From an uncultured Candidatus Saccharibacteria bacterium (lineage in GTDB: Bacteria; Patescibacteriota; Minisyncoccia; Phycocordibacterales; UBA12088), in the NCBI GenBank assembly GCA_964562615.1, contig CAZLUD010000001.1:327628-391627 (forward strand): DNA of 64,000 nt. Direction: 5' to 3'. Shown here one piece after another: positions 48,690 through 57,526 of this stretch (positions are counted from its first letter, which is position 1; each line of letters begins with the position of its first letter). The position numbers and the translations under genes are program-made. The notes beneath the pieces are model-generated. The model was not told the origin of the DNA. It saw only the letters and a list, made by a program, of their open reading frames with translations, and did not search any database.

Positions 48690-49790
48690 ATGAACTTCAC
48701 TACACCTACTGCAACGCTACTCACCATAAGCTCAATAGTTGAAAAGGTAAGTGGGAGAAATCTAACACTCGCTAATCTCAATGGGGTGTATGTTGAAGCG
48801 AGTAAGGGGCAGGTCATTCTTAGAGCAACAAACCTGGACGTTGCGGTAGAGATAAAAGTACCTGCAAAGGTGGAAGAAGACGGTGTGGCTTCAATACCGG
48901 GGAGTATGCTCTCTCAGATACTCTCAAACAGCTATAAAGGCGATAGCGTGAGCGTAGTGCGCAAAGACGGTACATTGTCCATAAAAACAGGGGACGGCCT
49001 CTCTACCATCAAAATATTGCCTGATGAGGACTTTCCAACACTCCCAAGTGTTGTTGATGGTAATAAGATAACCTTAAAGGCTAAAGATTTTATTGATGGC
49101 ATTGCTAATGTCTGGCACTGCGCATCTACGTCAACAATTAAACCGGAGCTAGCAAGTGTGTACGTATATCCTGACGGGAAGAATCTTATTTTTGTCGCAA
49201 CAGACTCATTTAGATTGGCAGAAAAGAAGGTAGCAGCACAATTTACCGGAGAGTTTGACTACATGCTCATTCCCTCAAGAAACATTCCGGAGATTATTAA
49301 GGTACTTGAGATTGCTGAAGGAGAAGTCGAACTTACCTTTAATGATCATCAGCTTTCATTTACCTTTGACTCGGTACACCTTACTACGCGTCTTACTGAC
49401 GGGGTATTCCCTGACTACAGACAAATTATTCCAAAGCAACGTGTTGCCGAAGTAACGGTACTTACTAAGGATTTGCAACAAGCATGCAAAAGAACCAGCA
49501 TGTTCTCTGATAAGTTTAATCAAGTGCAGTTTTCGATACAACCATCAAAAAAGATATGTAGAGTTATTGCTAAAAACCCAGATGTTGGCGAGTCAGTAAC
49601 TGATCTTGATGCAGTTATAGAAGGGGAGGAGCTTGATATCTCGTTTAATGTTAAGTACATCAGTGAAGTGTTTCAGGCACTACAAGCGGATAGTGTCTCG
49701 CTCTCATTTTCAGGAACCGCAAAACCTTTAGTTATTAAAGGGGTGAGTAATGCATCATTCCTTTACTTAGTGATGCCAATGAACAGATAA
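48690..49790 (+). CDS. dnaN: DNA polymerase III beta clamp
   Basis: ATNLD, VATDSFRLAE, FPDYRQIIP, YLVMPM. Confidence 0.97.
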   Translation: MNFTTPTATLLTISSIVEKVSGRNLTLANLNGVYVEASKGQVILRATNLDVAVEIKVPAKVEEDGVASIPGSMLSQILSNSYKGDSVSVVRKDGTLSIKTGDGLSTIKILPDEDFPTLPSVVDGNKITLKAKDFIDGIANVWHCASTSTIKPELASVYVYPDGKNLIFVATDSFRLAEKKVAAQFTGEFDYMLIPSRNIPEIIKVLEIAEGEVELTFNDHQLSFTFDSVHLTTRLTDGVFPDYRQIIPKQRVAEVTVLTKDLQQACKRTSMFSDKFNQVQFSIQPSKKICRVIAKNPDVGESVTDLDAVIEGEELDISFNVKYISEVFQALQADSVSLSFSGTAKPLVIKGVSNASFLYLVMPMNR

Positions 49791-49804
49791 TTACTCCACG
49801 GTAT

Positions 49805-50068
49805 ATGGCCTTTGAAGGTATCCGCAGCTATTTTGATAAATTCACCACGCTACGCCCCCCGCAGCGGTTTATCGGCGGTATGGTTATTGATGCGTGTTAT
49901 GCAATCTGTGGTATCACGCTCAAAGAGCACGAGGTAGTGGTTCGCGATTCTGTAGTGTACATCACTACTAATCCAATGATAAAGAATGAAATTTTAGAGA
50001 GGCGATCAGAAATACTTTCTCGGGTATGTGAGAGAGCGCGAACGAGGGTGATTACTGAGATACGCTAA
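49805..50068 (+). CDS. hypothetical protein, possibly DciA/DUF721-like
   Basis: 87 aa directly after dnaN; VVYITTNPMIKNEILERRSEIL. Confidence 0.55.
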   Translation: MAFEGIRSYFDKFTTLRPPQRFIGGMVIDACYAICGITLKEHEVVVRDSVVYITTNPMIKNEILERRSEILSRVCERARTRVITEIR

Positions 50069-52532
50069 AGATAGTAGATATCTCGTTTTTATTTCGTACC
50101 ACATCATACACTATCATCTTAAGTGTGTTTGATTCTGTAATGGTTGGTTGTGATGCAGGAGTAAACATAAATTGGAACGGTTCTTTTGTGGCAGTGCCAA
50201 TGTGTACGTTGTTTACATAAAACTCTACTTCACTAATTGGAAATTTACCTTTAACTTGTGGGATAAGAAGCATACTCTCGTTCTTATTGAATGTTTGACC
50301 ATACGCAGGGGAAATAATACTTATGGTAGGGATATTTTCTCTCGTATGTATGGTGTCTACTGCGGTAGGAGGTGTAAAGATGGTCTCATCAGTAAGTCCA
50401 AGTGCTGACTTGTAGCGCTGAACTCCCGCCTCCCAGAATGGGTACTGTGGGTCGTTTGCTGGATTTGAAGGGAATGGGCCAAGTGGATCACTCTTGTTTA
50501 CCCAATGTAATATTGTATGGATATTAATTATCATATGCTCTTTTACAAGCTCTTGTGGTGTGTATTCTGTTGCTAAATTACCAGTAAGTGAATCAACAAG
50601 ATATGATTCGCCACCTTGCCATTTGCCTCGTAATACTGGTTTTATTTCTGTAGAAATAGGTGGAGGAGTAGGGAATGTTTCTTGTGGATACTTTTGTAGC
50701 GCGTAGGTAAAAAATTCATTCCACATAGGTGCAATGATGAATCCTGCCACCTTCTTTTCCATGGGGGTATTGTCATTGTTTCCTGCCCATGCACCTGCTG
50801 CAAATGAAGGGGTGTATCCTATTATCCATGCATCACGGTACTCATTAGTGGTACCGGTTTTAACCGCCACCTGTCTGTTAGGGAAGTATAAAGCTGAGGT
50901 GGCGCCGAATGCGGGAGCTCTTGCGACATTATCAGAAAGCATATCAGAAATAGTATGTGTTACTGGAGCCTCCAATACCCTTGTTGCTTTCGGGGTGAAT
51001 TCCTCTACCAGCGCGCCGGTAGAATCCTCTATTTTAATGATACCAGTGTACGGGTTTCTGATTCCATCGTTTGCAAAGACTCCATAGGCGCTAGTCATAT
51101 CAAGTAGTGATACTTCTCCACCTCCAAGTACTAACGTAAGCCCGTATCGTGATATATCACCAAGTGACTCTACGCCCATACCTTGAGCAAGTTTTAGCGT
51201 GTCTTTAATACCAGCAAGGTACAATACTTTAATAGCGGGTATGTTCATTGATTGAGCAAGCGCCTCACGGAAGGTGACCGGGCCTCTGAATTTACCGTCA
51301 TAGTTTGTTGGGGCATAGCAATCACCTCCATTTGTTAAATCATATGGACTACAAGAGGTAGAGAATTGCGTCGCAACGTCAAACACTACGGTGTTTGCGG
51401 TGTAGCCTTTTCTGAGTGCTTCTGCATACGCAAATGGTTTAAAGGCAGAACCAGGTTGTCGGTGGGCGAGTGCAACGTTAAAGTTGCCATCTATTTCTTC
51501 ATCAAAATAATCACGTGACCCTACCATAGTAAGGATTTGTCCTGTCTTAGGATCAACAGCAACCAATGATGCGTTAGATGCATTAAAACTTTTTGCATTT
51601 TCTAACGCATATTTTTTTACAGTCTCCTCTGCTTTAGCCTGAAGGTCGTAGTCGAGTGAGGTGATAACCCTGAACCCTCTCTCTTCTAGCGCTCGCTGAC
51701 CATACTTATTTTCTAAGTATTCTCGTATAAAGAATACAAAGTGAGGCGCGAGAATACCCTTATCTCTAGATGGTTTAAATTCAACAGTGGTAGATTTTGC
51801 GCCTTCATACTCTTCTTCTGTAATAAAGCCATTCTCAAGCATTTTGCTCAAAACTAGATTCTTTCTTGATTCTAGCTTTTCTCTATTGTTGCCATATGGA
51901 GAATAGTAGGTTGGTGCTTGGGGAAGTGCTGCAAGGTACGCAGACTCAACCAATGTTAGGTCGGTAGCTGATTTACCAAAAAATTGCTCACTTGCTTCTT
52001 CGATACCATATATATTTCCTCCATATGGTGATTCGTTTAGGTAGAATTCGAGAATCTTCTCTTTTGAATACTCACGCTCAAGTTTTATAGCAAGCACCCA
52101 CTCTTTAAGCTTTCGAGAAATTGATTTTTCTTGGCTAAGAACACTATTTTTAATTACCTGCTGGGTAATAGTAGAGCCACCTTGTGAATACTCAAGGGTA
52201 GTAAGGTTAACCAAAATCGCCCGCAAAATAGCATCTGGTTTTATTCCACCGTGTTCATAAAACTCGGCATCTTCAATTGCAACAGTGGCGTTTTTGATGT
52301 GGTGGGCAATTGAGTCAAATGGTACTACCGTGCGTTGTACCTCGTTGTGGAGCTCGTAAAGAAGTATCTCACCAGTGCGGTCATAAATTTTTGTTGATTG
52401 CGCCACCTTTCGTGTATCAAATGATCCTAGATCAGGTGTCTTAAGTGATGCTACCCACAATACTGATATGCCAGAGATAAAGAATCCCCCAATAACACAG
52501 TATATAAATATTTTCCACGCTAATTCACGCAT
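50052..52532 (-). CDS. class A penicillin-binding protein
   Basis: EDAEFYEHGG, QGGSTITQQ, QPGSAFKPF, SMN, KTGT. Confidence 0.96.
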   Translation of the reverse strand: MRELAWKIFIYCVIGGFFISGISVLWVASLKTPDLGSFDTRKVAQSTKIYDRTGEILLYELHNEVQRTVVPFDSIAHHIKNATVAIEDAEFYEHGGIKPDAILRAILVNLTTLEYSQGGSTITQQVIKNSVLSQEKSISRKLKEWVLAIKLEREYSKEKILEFYLNESPYGGNIYGIEEASEQFFGKSATDLTLVESAYLAALPQAPTYYSPYGNNREKLESRKNLVLSKMLENGFITEEEYEGAKSTTVEFKPSRDKGILAPHFVFFIREYLENKYGQRALEERGFRVITSLDYDLQAKAEETVKKYALENAKSFNASNASLVAVDPKTGQILTMVGSRDYFDEEIDGNFNVALAHRQPGSAFKPFAYAEALRKGYTANTVVFDVATQFSTSCSPYDLTNGGDCYAPTNYDGKFRGPVTFREALAQSMNIPAIKVLYLAGIKDTLKLAQGMGVESLGDISRYGLTLVLGGGEVSLLDMTSAYGVFANDGIRNPYTGIIKIEDSTGALVEEFTPKATRVLEAPVTHTISDMLSDNVARAPAFGATSALYFPNRQVAVKTGTTNEYRDAWIIGYTPSFAAGAWAGNNDNTPMEKKVAGFIIAPMWNEFFTYALQKYPQETFPTPPPISTEIKPVLRGKWQGGESYLVDSLTGNLATEYTPQELVKEHMIINIHTILHWVNKSDPLGPFPSNPANDPQYPFWEAGVQRYKSALGLTDETIFTPPTAVDTIHTRENIPTISIISPAYGQTFNKNESMLLIPQVKGKFPISEVEFYVNNVHIGTATKEPFQFMFTPASQPTITESNTLKMIVYDVVRNKNEISTIFSVSQ

Positions 52533-52607
52533 AATGAGTATAGTAATAGTAGCATGTACCCTCTGTAGTACTTAACAGAAGACCATGAACAGCAGCAGCA
52601 TGAGCCA

Positions 52608-52645
52608 AAATAGAAATGCGATTCATATGAATCGCATTTCTATTT
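52608..52645. terminator. 38-bp perfect palindrome
   Basis: aaatagaaatgcgattcatatgaatcgcatttctattt, just after the acidic ORF. Confidence 0.7.
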
Positions 52646-52656
52646 GATCATACTCA

Positions 52657-52869
52657 CTAAAACGCCTCTTCATCATCAACCATTCCAAAAACATCATCCT
52701 CGTCCTCTTCTTCATCTGCGGCGTCCTCTACGTCCTCAATTCCATCTTCGATACCTTCTAGATCTACCGCATCGTCTTCTGGAAGCTCTATCTCTTTCTC
52801 GTCATCTACCTCTTCTTCCTCGGTGGAAAAAAACGACCACCAAGGTAAATCATATGCATCAGCAAACAT
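52657..52869 (-). CDS. very acidic 70-aa protein
   Basis: About half D/E; followed by the palindrome. Confidence 0.65.
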   Translation of the reverse strand: MFADAYDLPWWSFFSTEEEEVDDEKEIELPEDDAVDLEGIEDGIEDVEDAADEEEDEDDVFGMVDDEEAF

Positions 52870-52985
52870 GGTCTATACCGCGTACATTACTAGTAAAATA
52901 TTTTCCTATGACTTCGTCACAGTTGTATCAAAACCTCACCTTTTTTCAATACCCCCCTATGGGGAAAAGTAAGACTCGCAGTACC

Positions 52986-53465
52986 TTAGCGTTTCTCTCT
53001 GTAATATGCAAGGGAAGTAATACCAATTGCAATGGCGTCATATTCGTCATCAAGCATATCGGTACGTGGTAGTGATACTAATTTAGGAAGTAGGCGCATC
53101 ATACTACGCTTGTCTGAGCGACCTTCTCCCGTAATTGCGATTTTTACTTCTTGTGGTGAGTACTCTTCAATTATTAAATTATGACTTTTTGCAATATGAA
53201 GTAGCATGCCTCGAACCTCAGCAACTTTCATTGCTGTCTTTTGATTCTTTTGAAAGAAAAGTTTTTCCATAGCGCAATGGGTGGGAGTGTGCGTGTTGAT
53301 GAATGATTCAACCGCACTCGCAAGTATGGCAAGACGAGTAGGAAAATCGTCTTCTTTATTTGTCCGTACTGTGGTGGAAAAAAGGACTACATCCTTTCCA
53401 GAGTTTTTTTCTAGCAAGGCAACACCAAGTCGTTCGTACCCAGGATCAAAGGCGATGACTCGCAT
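52986..53465 (-). CDS. ruvC: Holliday junction resolvase
   Basis: FDPGY, MEKLFF, EVRG, DDEYDAIAIG. Confidence 0.96.
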   Translation of the reverse strand: MRVIAFDPGYERLGVALLEKNSGKDVVLFSTTVRTNKEDDFPTRLAILASAVESFINTHTPTHCAMEKLFFQKNQKTAMKVAEVRGMLLHIAKSHNLIIEEYSPQEVKIAITGEGRSDKRSMMRLLPKLVSLPRTDMLDDEYDAIAIGITSLAYYREKR

Positions 53466-53468
53466 ATA

Positions 53469-53999
53469 TTAGAGGGCATTAGCATACACTGCAGTAACAT
53501 CATCAATTTCTTCAAGTACATCAACAAGAGAGGTAAGCTTCTCCATATCCTCAGGTGAAAGGGTAAGGGTGACACTTGGAACCCACTCACCATCGGTCTT
53601 AGTAAATGCCCAGCTCGCAGATCCACTTTCAGCAAGTACATGCCCATAGACAGACAGAGCACGCTTTACTTCTTGAACACTTCTGTTTCGGTTATCGGTC
53701 AATCCTTCGATAATAAGTGCAACGCCAGCAGGCCCGTATGCTTCATAGACCACCTTCTCAAGTGGGGCGCTTGTATCAAGTACACCCTTTTGTACTGCGC
53801 GCTCGATATTTTCTTTAGGCATGTTTATCGACTTTGCCTTATCAATAACCATCTTAAGCGATGGTGACGAGGTGTCGCCTTGTACAAGGCGAGATTCGGT
53901 ACTAATAAGACGAGAGTATTTTGAAAACTCCTTACTCTTCTTCGCATCTGAAGAAGCCTTTTTGTGCTTTATTTTTGACCATTTATTATGACCAGACAT
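53469..53999 (-). CDS. yebC: YebC/PmpR family protein (short form)
   Basis: MSGHNKWSKIKHKK, YEAYGPAG, TDNRNRS. Confidence 0.95.
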   Translation of the reverse strand: MSGHNKWSKIKHKKASSDAKKSKEFSKYSRLISTESRLVQGDTSSPSLKMVIDKAKSINMPKENIERAVQKGVLDTSAPLEKVVYEAYGPAGVALIIEGLTDNRNRSVQEVKRALSVYGHVLAESGSASWAFTKTDGEWVPSVTLTLSPEDMEKLTSLVDVLEEIDDVTAVYANAL

Positions 54000-54004
54000 A
54001 GGTA

Positions 54005-55015
54005 TTATAGTGACAAGGTTGATTGGTTTTGTGGCGGCACTTCTTTAAGGTGAGTGTACGCGTGGGGGGTGGCCACTCTACCTCGTTGTGTTCTCTCTAT
54101 AAGCCCACACTGAAGAAGAAACGGTTCATGGACATCAGCAATGGTGGACTCTTCATCCCCAAGCGCTGCAGCAAGAGTGCTTAATCCAACGGGACCACCA
54201 GAGAATTTTTTTATAAGTACTCGCAACAATTCTCTGTCTCCTTCAGTTAATCCCAAGTCATCTACTCCAAGGAGTGAGAGTGCTTCAATAGCCATTGCTT
54301 TAGTGAGTGGTTGGTTGTGTACTTGCGCGTAGTCACGGCATCGCTTTAGCAAATAATTTGCGATGCGTGGAGTTCGTCTACTTCTTTGTGCGATGGTTTG
54401 TATTGAATCACTATCAATCTCAGTGCCAAGAATTGTGGCAGATCTCTCTACAATGCGCTCAATTTCTTGTGGAGAGTAAAACTCAAGCCTGAATGATCCA
54501 CCAGAAAAACGTGAGCGTAGTGGGGCAGAGACATTAGCTACCTGCGTGGTGGCAGCAATAAGGGTAAATGGTGGTAATTCAAGTTGAATTGTTCTTGCTG
54601 ATGGACCTTTACCTAAAATTATGTCCAATACGCCAGATTCAAGTGCGGGGTATAGTACCTCCTCAATTGATTTATTAAGACGATGCACTTCATCGATAAA
54701 TAAAATGTCTCCTTCGCCTAGGTTGGTGAGAATTGCCGCAAGATCACCCACTCGCTCTATTGCAGGACCCGAGGTTATTTTCATTTGTGCATTAAGTTCA
54801 CGTGCGACAAGGTGAGCAAGAGTGGTCTTTCCTAACCCTGGTGGACCGTAGAGAAGGATATGTTCAGGGGAGTGACCTCTTGTGGCAGCGGCACCGAGTA
54901 AAATTCGCAAATTTCCTTTTATGGTTTCTTGCCCAATATACTCATCCCATGAGGATGGCCTGAGGGTTTTGTCTAGGTAGGTGTCCTTTTCTTGAGTTGT
55001 AGGGGGGGTTGACAT
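54005..55015 (-). CDS. ruvB: Holliday junction helicase RuvB
   Basis: LRP, GPPGLGKTTLA, FIDEVHR, GGPVGL, RTQRGR. Confidence 0.97.
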   Translation of the reverse strand: MSTPPTTQEKDTYLDKTLRPSSWDEYIGQETIKGNLRILLGAAATRGHSPEHILLYGPPGLGKTTLAHLVARELNAQMKITSGPAIERVGDLAAILTNLGEGDILFIDEVHRLNKSIEEVLYPALESGVLDIILGKGPSARTIQLELPPFTLIAATTQVANVSAPLRSRFSGGSFRLEFYSPQEIERIVERSATILGTEIDSDSIQTIAQRSRRTPRIANYLLKRCRDYAQVHNQPLTKAMAIEALSLLGVDDLGLTEGDRELLRVLIKKFSGGPVGLSTLAAALGDEESTIADVHEPFLLQCGLIERTQRGRVATPHAYTHLKEVPPQNQSTLSL

Positions 55016-55117
55016 AATATTTTTTTCGTGCTAAATTCTATGATAGTACGGGTGCGGTATGAAGTGACTTCATTTGAGTGGTAGCTGAAGTATAGCAAAA
55101 AACCAGCTCAAATAGAT

Positions 55118-55285
55118 AAATCCGATTCAGCACCCTCTAAGCGACGCGCCGCGCATGGCAGTGGTTCTTCTTGCGAGGGTTTTCTGGTTCTACCTTCGGG
55201 TGTGTTACTGGAAAATTCCTTAGAGGAAAGAACCAACTTTCAATTTCGGTTGAAAGTTTCACTTAGAGGGTGGTGTACCGGATTT
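55118..55285 (+). ncRNA. ssrS: probable 6S RNA
   Basis: 168-nt rod: aaatccg/cggattt, caccctctaag/cttagagggtg, central bubble, ggttctt/aagaacc, apical cUUCGg; G-U pairs favour the + strand. Confidence 0.65.
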
Positions 55286-55312
55286 GATTCGGTCGTCTCT
55301 AATAATTCTTTC

Positions 55313-57007
55313 TTATGAAAGAATATGATCATTGAAGGTGTCTATATCCACCTCAATAACACGCGCTAATTCTTCAAGGGTGGTAACTCCATCAAGTACT
55401 TTTATAACCCCATCTTGAATCATGGTGAGGGTTCCTTGTTTTGCAGCTTCAAGTGCAATTTCGCGCTCGGTAGCAGTACTATTCATCATTTCTTCGATGG
55501 CTGGAGTTACTTCGATTGCTTCAAATACTGCAAGTCTACCCCTAAATCCAGTAATACAAGCGCCACCAGTTTTTGCTTTATATGCAACAGTAGTGTTTTG
55601 AGGAATGAGAGATGTGTCCTCAATAGTTGCAAGGACTCTATCGACAAATGCTTTTTCTGTACCCTCTAATGTATAAGGTTCACGACAATCTTCTCGTAAT
55701 ATACGCACTAGACGCTGTGCCATCACCACATTCACCGATGAACCAATAAGTGCCGGATTAACACCAAGTCCTATTAGTCGTGGAAACGCACCCGCAGCAG
55801 TGTTGGTGTGTAGTGTTGAAAATACAAGGTGTCCCGTAAGTGATGCTTGAATTGCAGTATCGGCAACTTCTGGGTCACGAATTTCTCCCACCATAATAAT
55901 GTCAGGGTCTTGTCGGAGTGATGATCGAAGTCCAAGCTCAAACGTGTAGTCTTTTTTATTTACTTGTGTTTGTACTATGCCGGGTACGTGGTACTCGATA
56001 GGGTCTTCGATGGTGATTATTTTTATTTGAGGATTTTTTACTCGCTGAAGAAACGCGTAGAGGGTGGTGGTCTTTCCTGATCCAGTTGGTCCGGTGTTGA
56101 GGATCATCCCGTTTGGTTTATGGATTTCTCTTTCAAGAAGTGGAAACAACTTTTTATTCATACCGAGCTTTTCCATGGGAATAGTTAGGGTGGTTGGATC
56201 AAGCACACGAAGCACTACAGATTCTCCATAGTTTCCTGGGAGTACTGACGTACGAATCTCTATCTCTTTGTTATCAATACGTACACTAAATCGTCCGTCT
56301 TGCGCGGCGTTTTTAATATTGATTTTTAGGCCTGAAAGAAGCTTCATGCGAGAGAGGAGGAGATTGTGCGTCTCGTGATCAAACGAAAGAATATCAGTAA
56401 GTACACCATCGAGTCGGTATCGCAACTTCACTGATATTTCTTCTGGTTCGATATGTACGTCGGAGGCAAAGGTAGCAAGTGCTCCAGCAAGAATGGTCTC
56501 TAAGATACGAGAAATTTTGTATATCTTCTTCATCCCAAGTACGTTGGTAACTTGCTCAACCACGTCTTCAATAGAATGAATGGTAGCCATGAGGTGTTGC
56601 ACCTCTTCACCTGAAATATCTAGTACCCCCGCCTTAGTTTCAATGGCAAAGGAAAGGTCTTTGTACCTACTCCATGCTCGCTCTAGTGAGAGATGTGATG
56701 CCATAAAGAGAGAGACCACAAACCCTCTTTTTGTAAGATCATCGACTATCTCTTTTACTTTTTGATTATTGGGAGAAATAACCGCAAGAGAAACTTTTTT
56801 ATTGAGTTGATTAAATGGACACAACCCTGCGTCTCGCGCTCGCTCCTCATGTACTAGTCGCAAGGAGTCTGTGTCGATAGGTAGTTGTGTTAGGTCAACA
56901 TACCCAATGCCGTATTTCTCAGAAAGCATTCTGGCAAGCTCTTCCTCTTCGTGTCTTCGAAGAGTTTCTAATTTCTTCTCTTGTTTTTCTTCATTAAATT
57001 CAGCCAC
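55313..57007 (-). CDS. GspE/PilB type IV pilus assembly ATPase
   Basis: ASDVHIEP, GPTGSGKTTTLY, EDPIEY, LRQDPDIIMVGEIRD, TGHLVFSTLH; GTG start after TATCAT-6nt. Confidence 0.94.
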   Translation of the reverse strand: MAEFNEEKQEKKLETLRRHEEEELARMLSEKYGIGYVDLTQLPIDTDSLRLVHEERARDAGLCPFNQLNKKVSLAVISPNNQKVKEIVDDLTKRGFVVSLFMASHLSLERAWSRYKDLSFAIETKAGVLDISGEEVQHLMATIHSIEDVVEQVTNVLGMKKIYKISRILETILAGALATFASDVHIEPEEISVKLRYRLDGVLTDILSFDHETHNLLLSRMKLLSGLKINIKNAAQDGRFSVRIDNKEIEIRTSVLPGNYGESVVLRVLDPTTLTIPMEKLGMNKKLFPLLEREIHKPNGMILNTGPTGSGKTTTLYAFLQRVKNPQIKIITIEDPIEYHVPGIVQTQVNKKDYTFELGLRSSLRQDPDIIMVGEIRDPEVADTAIQASLTGHLVFSTLHTNTAAGAFPRLIGLGVNPALIGSSVNVVMAQRLVRILREDCREPYTLEGTEKAFVDRVLATIEDTSLIPQNTTVAYKAKTGGACITGFRGRLAVFEAIEVTPAIEEMMNSTATEREIALEAAKQGTLTMIQDGVIKVLDGVTTLEELARVIEVDIDTFNDHILS

Positions 57008-57082
57008 AGTACTATGATACCTGCTTTGGGTATAAAAAACGAGAAAAAAACCAACAGCAAAAAGAAATGCTAGAATAGATGT

Positions 57083-57526
57083 ATGAAAGAGGTATTCAGC
57101 ATCGAAAGTGAAGATGACCTTAAAGAGGTCCTCGTAGGAATAAGTAAGCACCTAACACCGCAAGAAGAAGGGGCAACGGTGATAGGTCTTGTTGGAGAAT
57201 TGGGAGCGGGAAAGACCACTTCTGCTCAACTACTAGGGAGGCATATTGGAGTGGTAAGCACCATGCAGAGCCCCACGTTTGTGATTGAGCGGGTATACCC
57301 AATTGCGTGGAATGGATTTACCACACTTGCACATCTTGATATGTATCGACTTTCTCCTGGAGATCTCCCCTCGGTAAAACTTCACGAACGATTAAGAGAC
57401 GTGCAGACGCTACTAATTATTGAGTGGGCAGATATGATAAAAGATACCCTTCCAAAAAACACCCATTGGATAACCCTTGCTCGTACGAAAGACGATACGC
57501 GTGAGGTAGAGTACAACCATGAGTAA
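57083..57526 (+). CDS. tsaE: tRNA t6A biosynthesis ATPase TsaE
   Basis: GELGAGKT, SPTFVI, HLDMYRL, IEW. Confidence 0.95.
   Translation: MKEVFSIESEDDLKEVLVGISKHLTPQEEGATVIGLVGELGAGKTTSAQLLGRHIGVVSTMQSPTFVIERVYPIAWNGFTTLAHLDMYRLSPGDLPSVKLHERLRDVQTLLIIEWADMIKDTLPKNTHWITLARTKDDTREVEYNHE

Noticed and set aside
57008-57151. N-terminal TM extension of PilB in the ORF track
   Set aside because: It overlaps the divergent tsaE gene; GTG 57007 has a -10 box 6 nt upstream.
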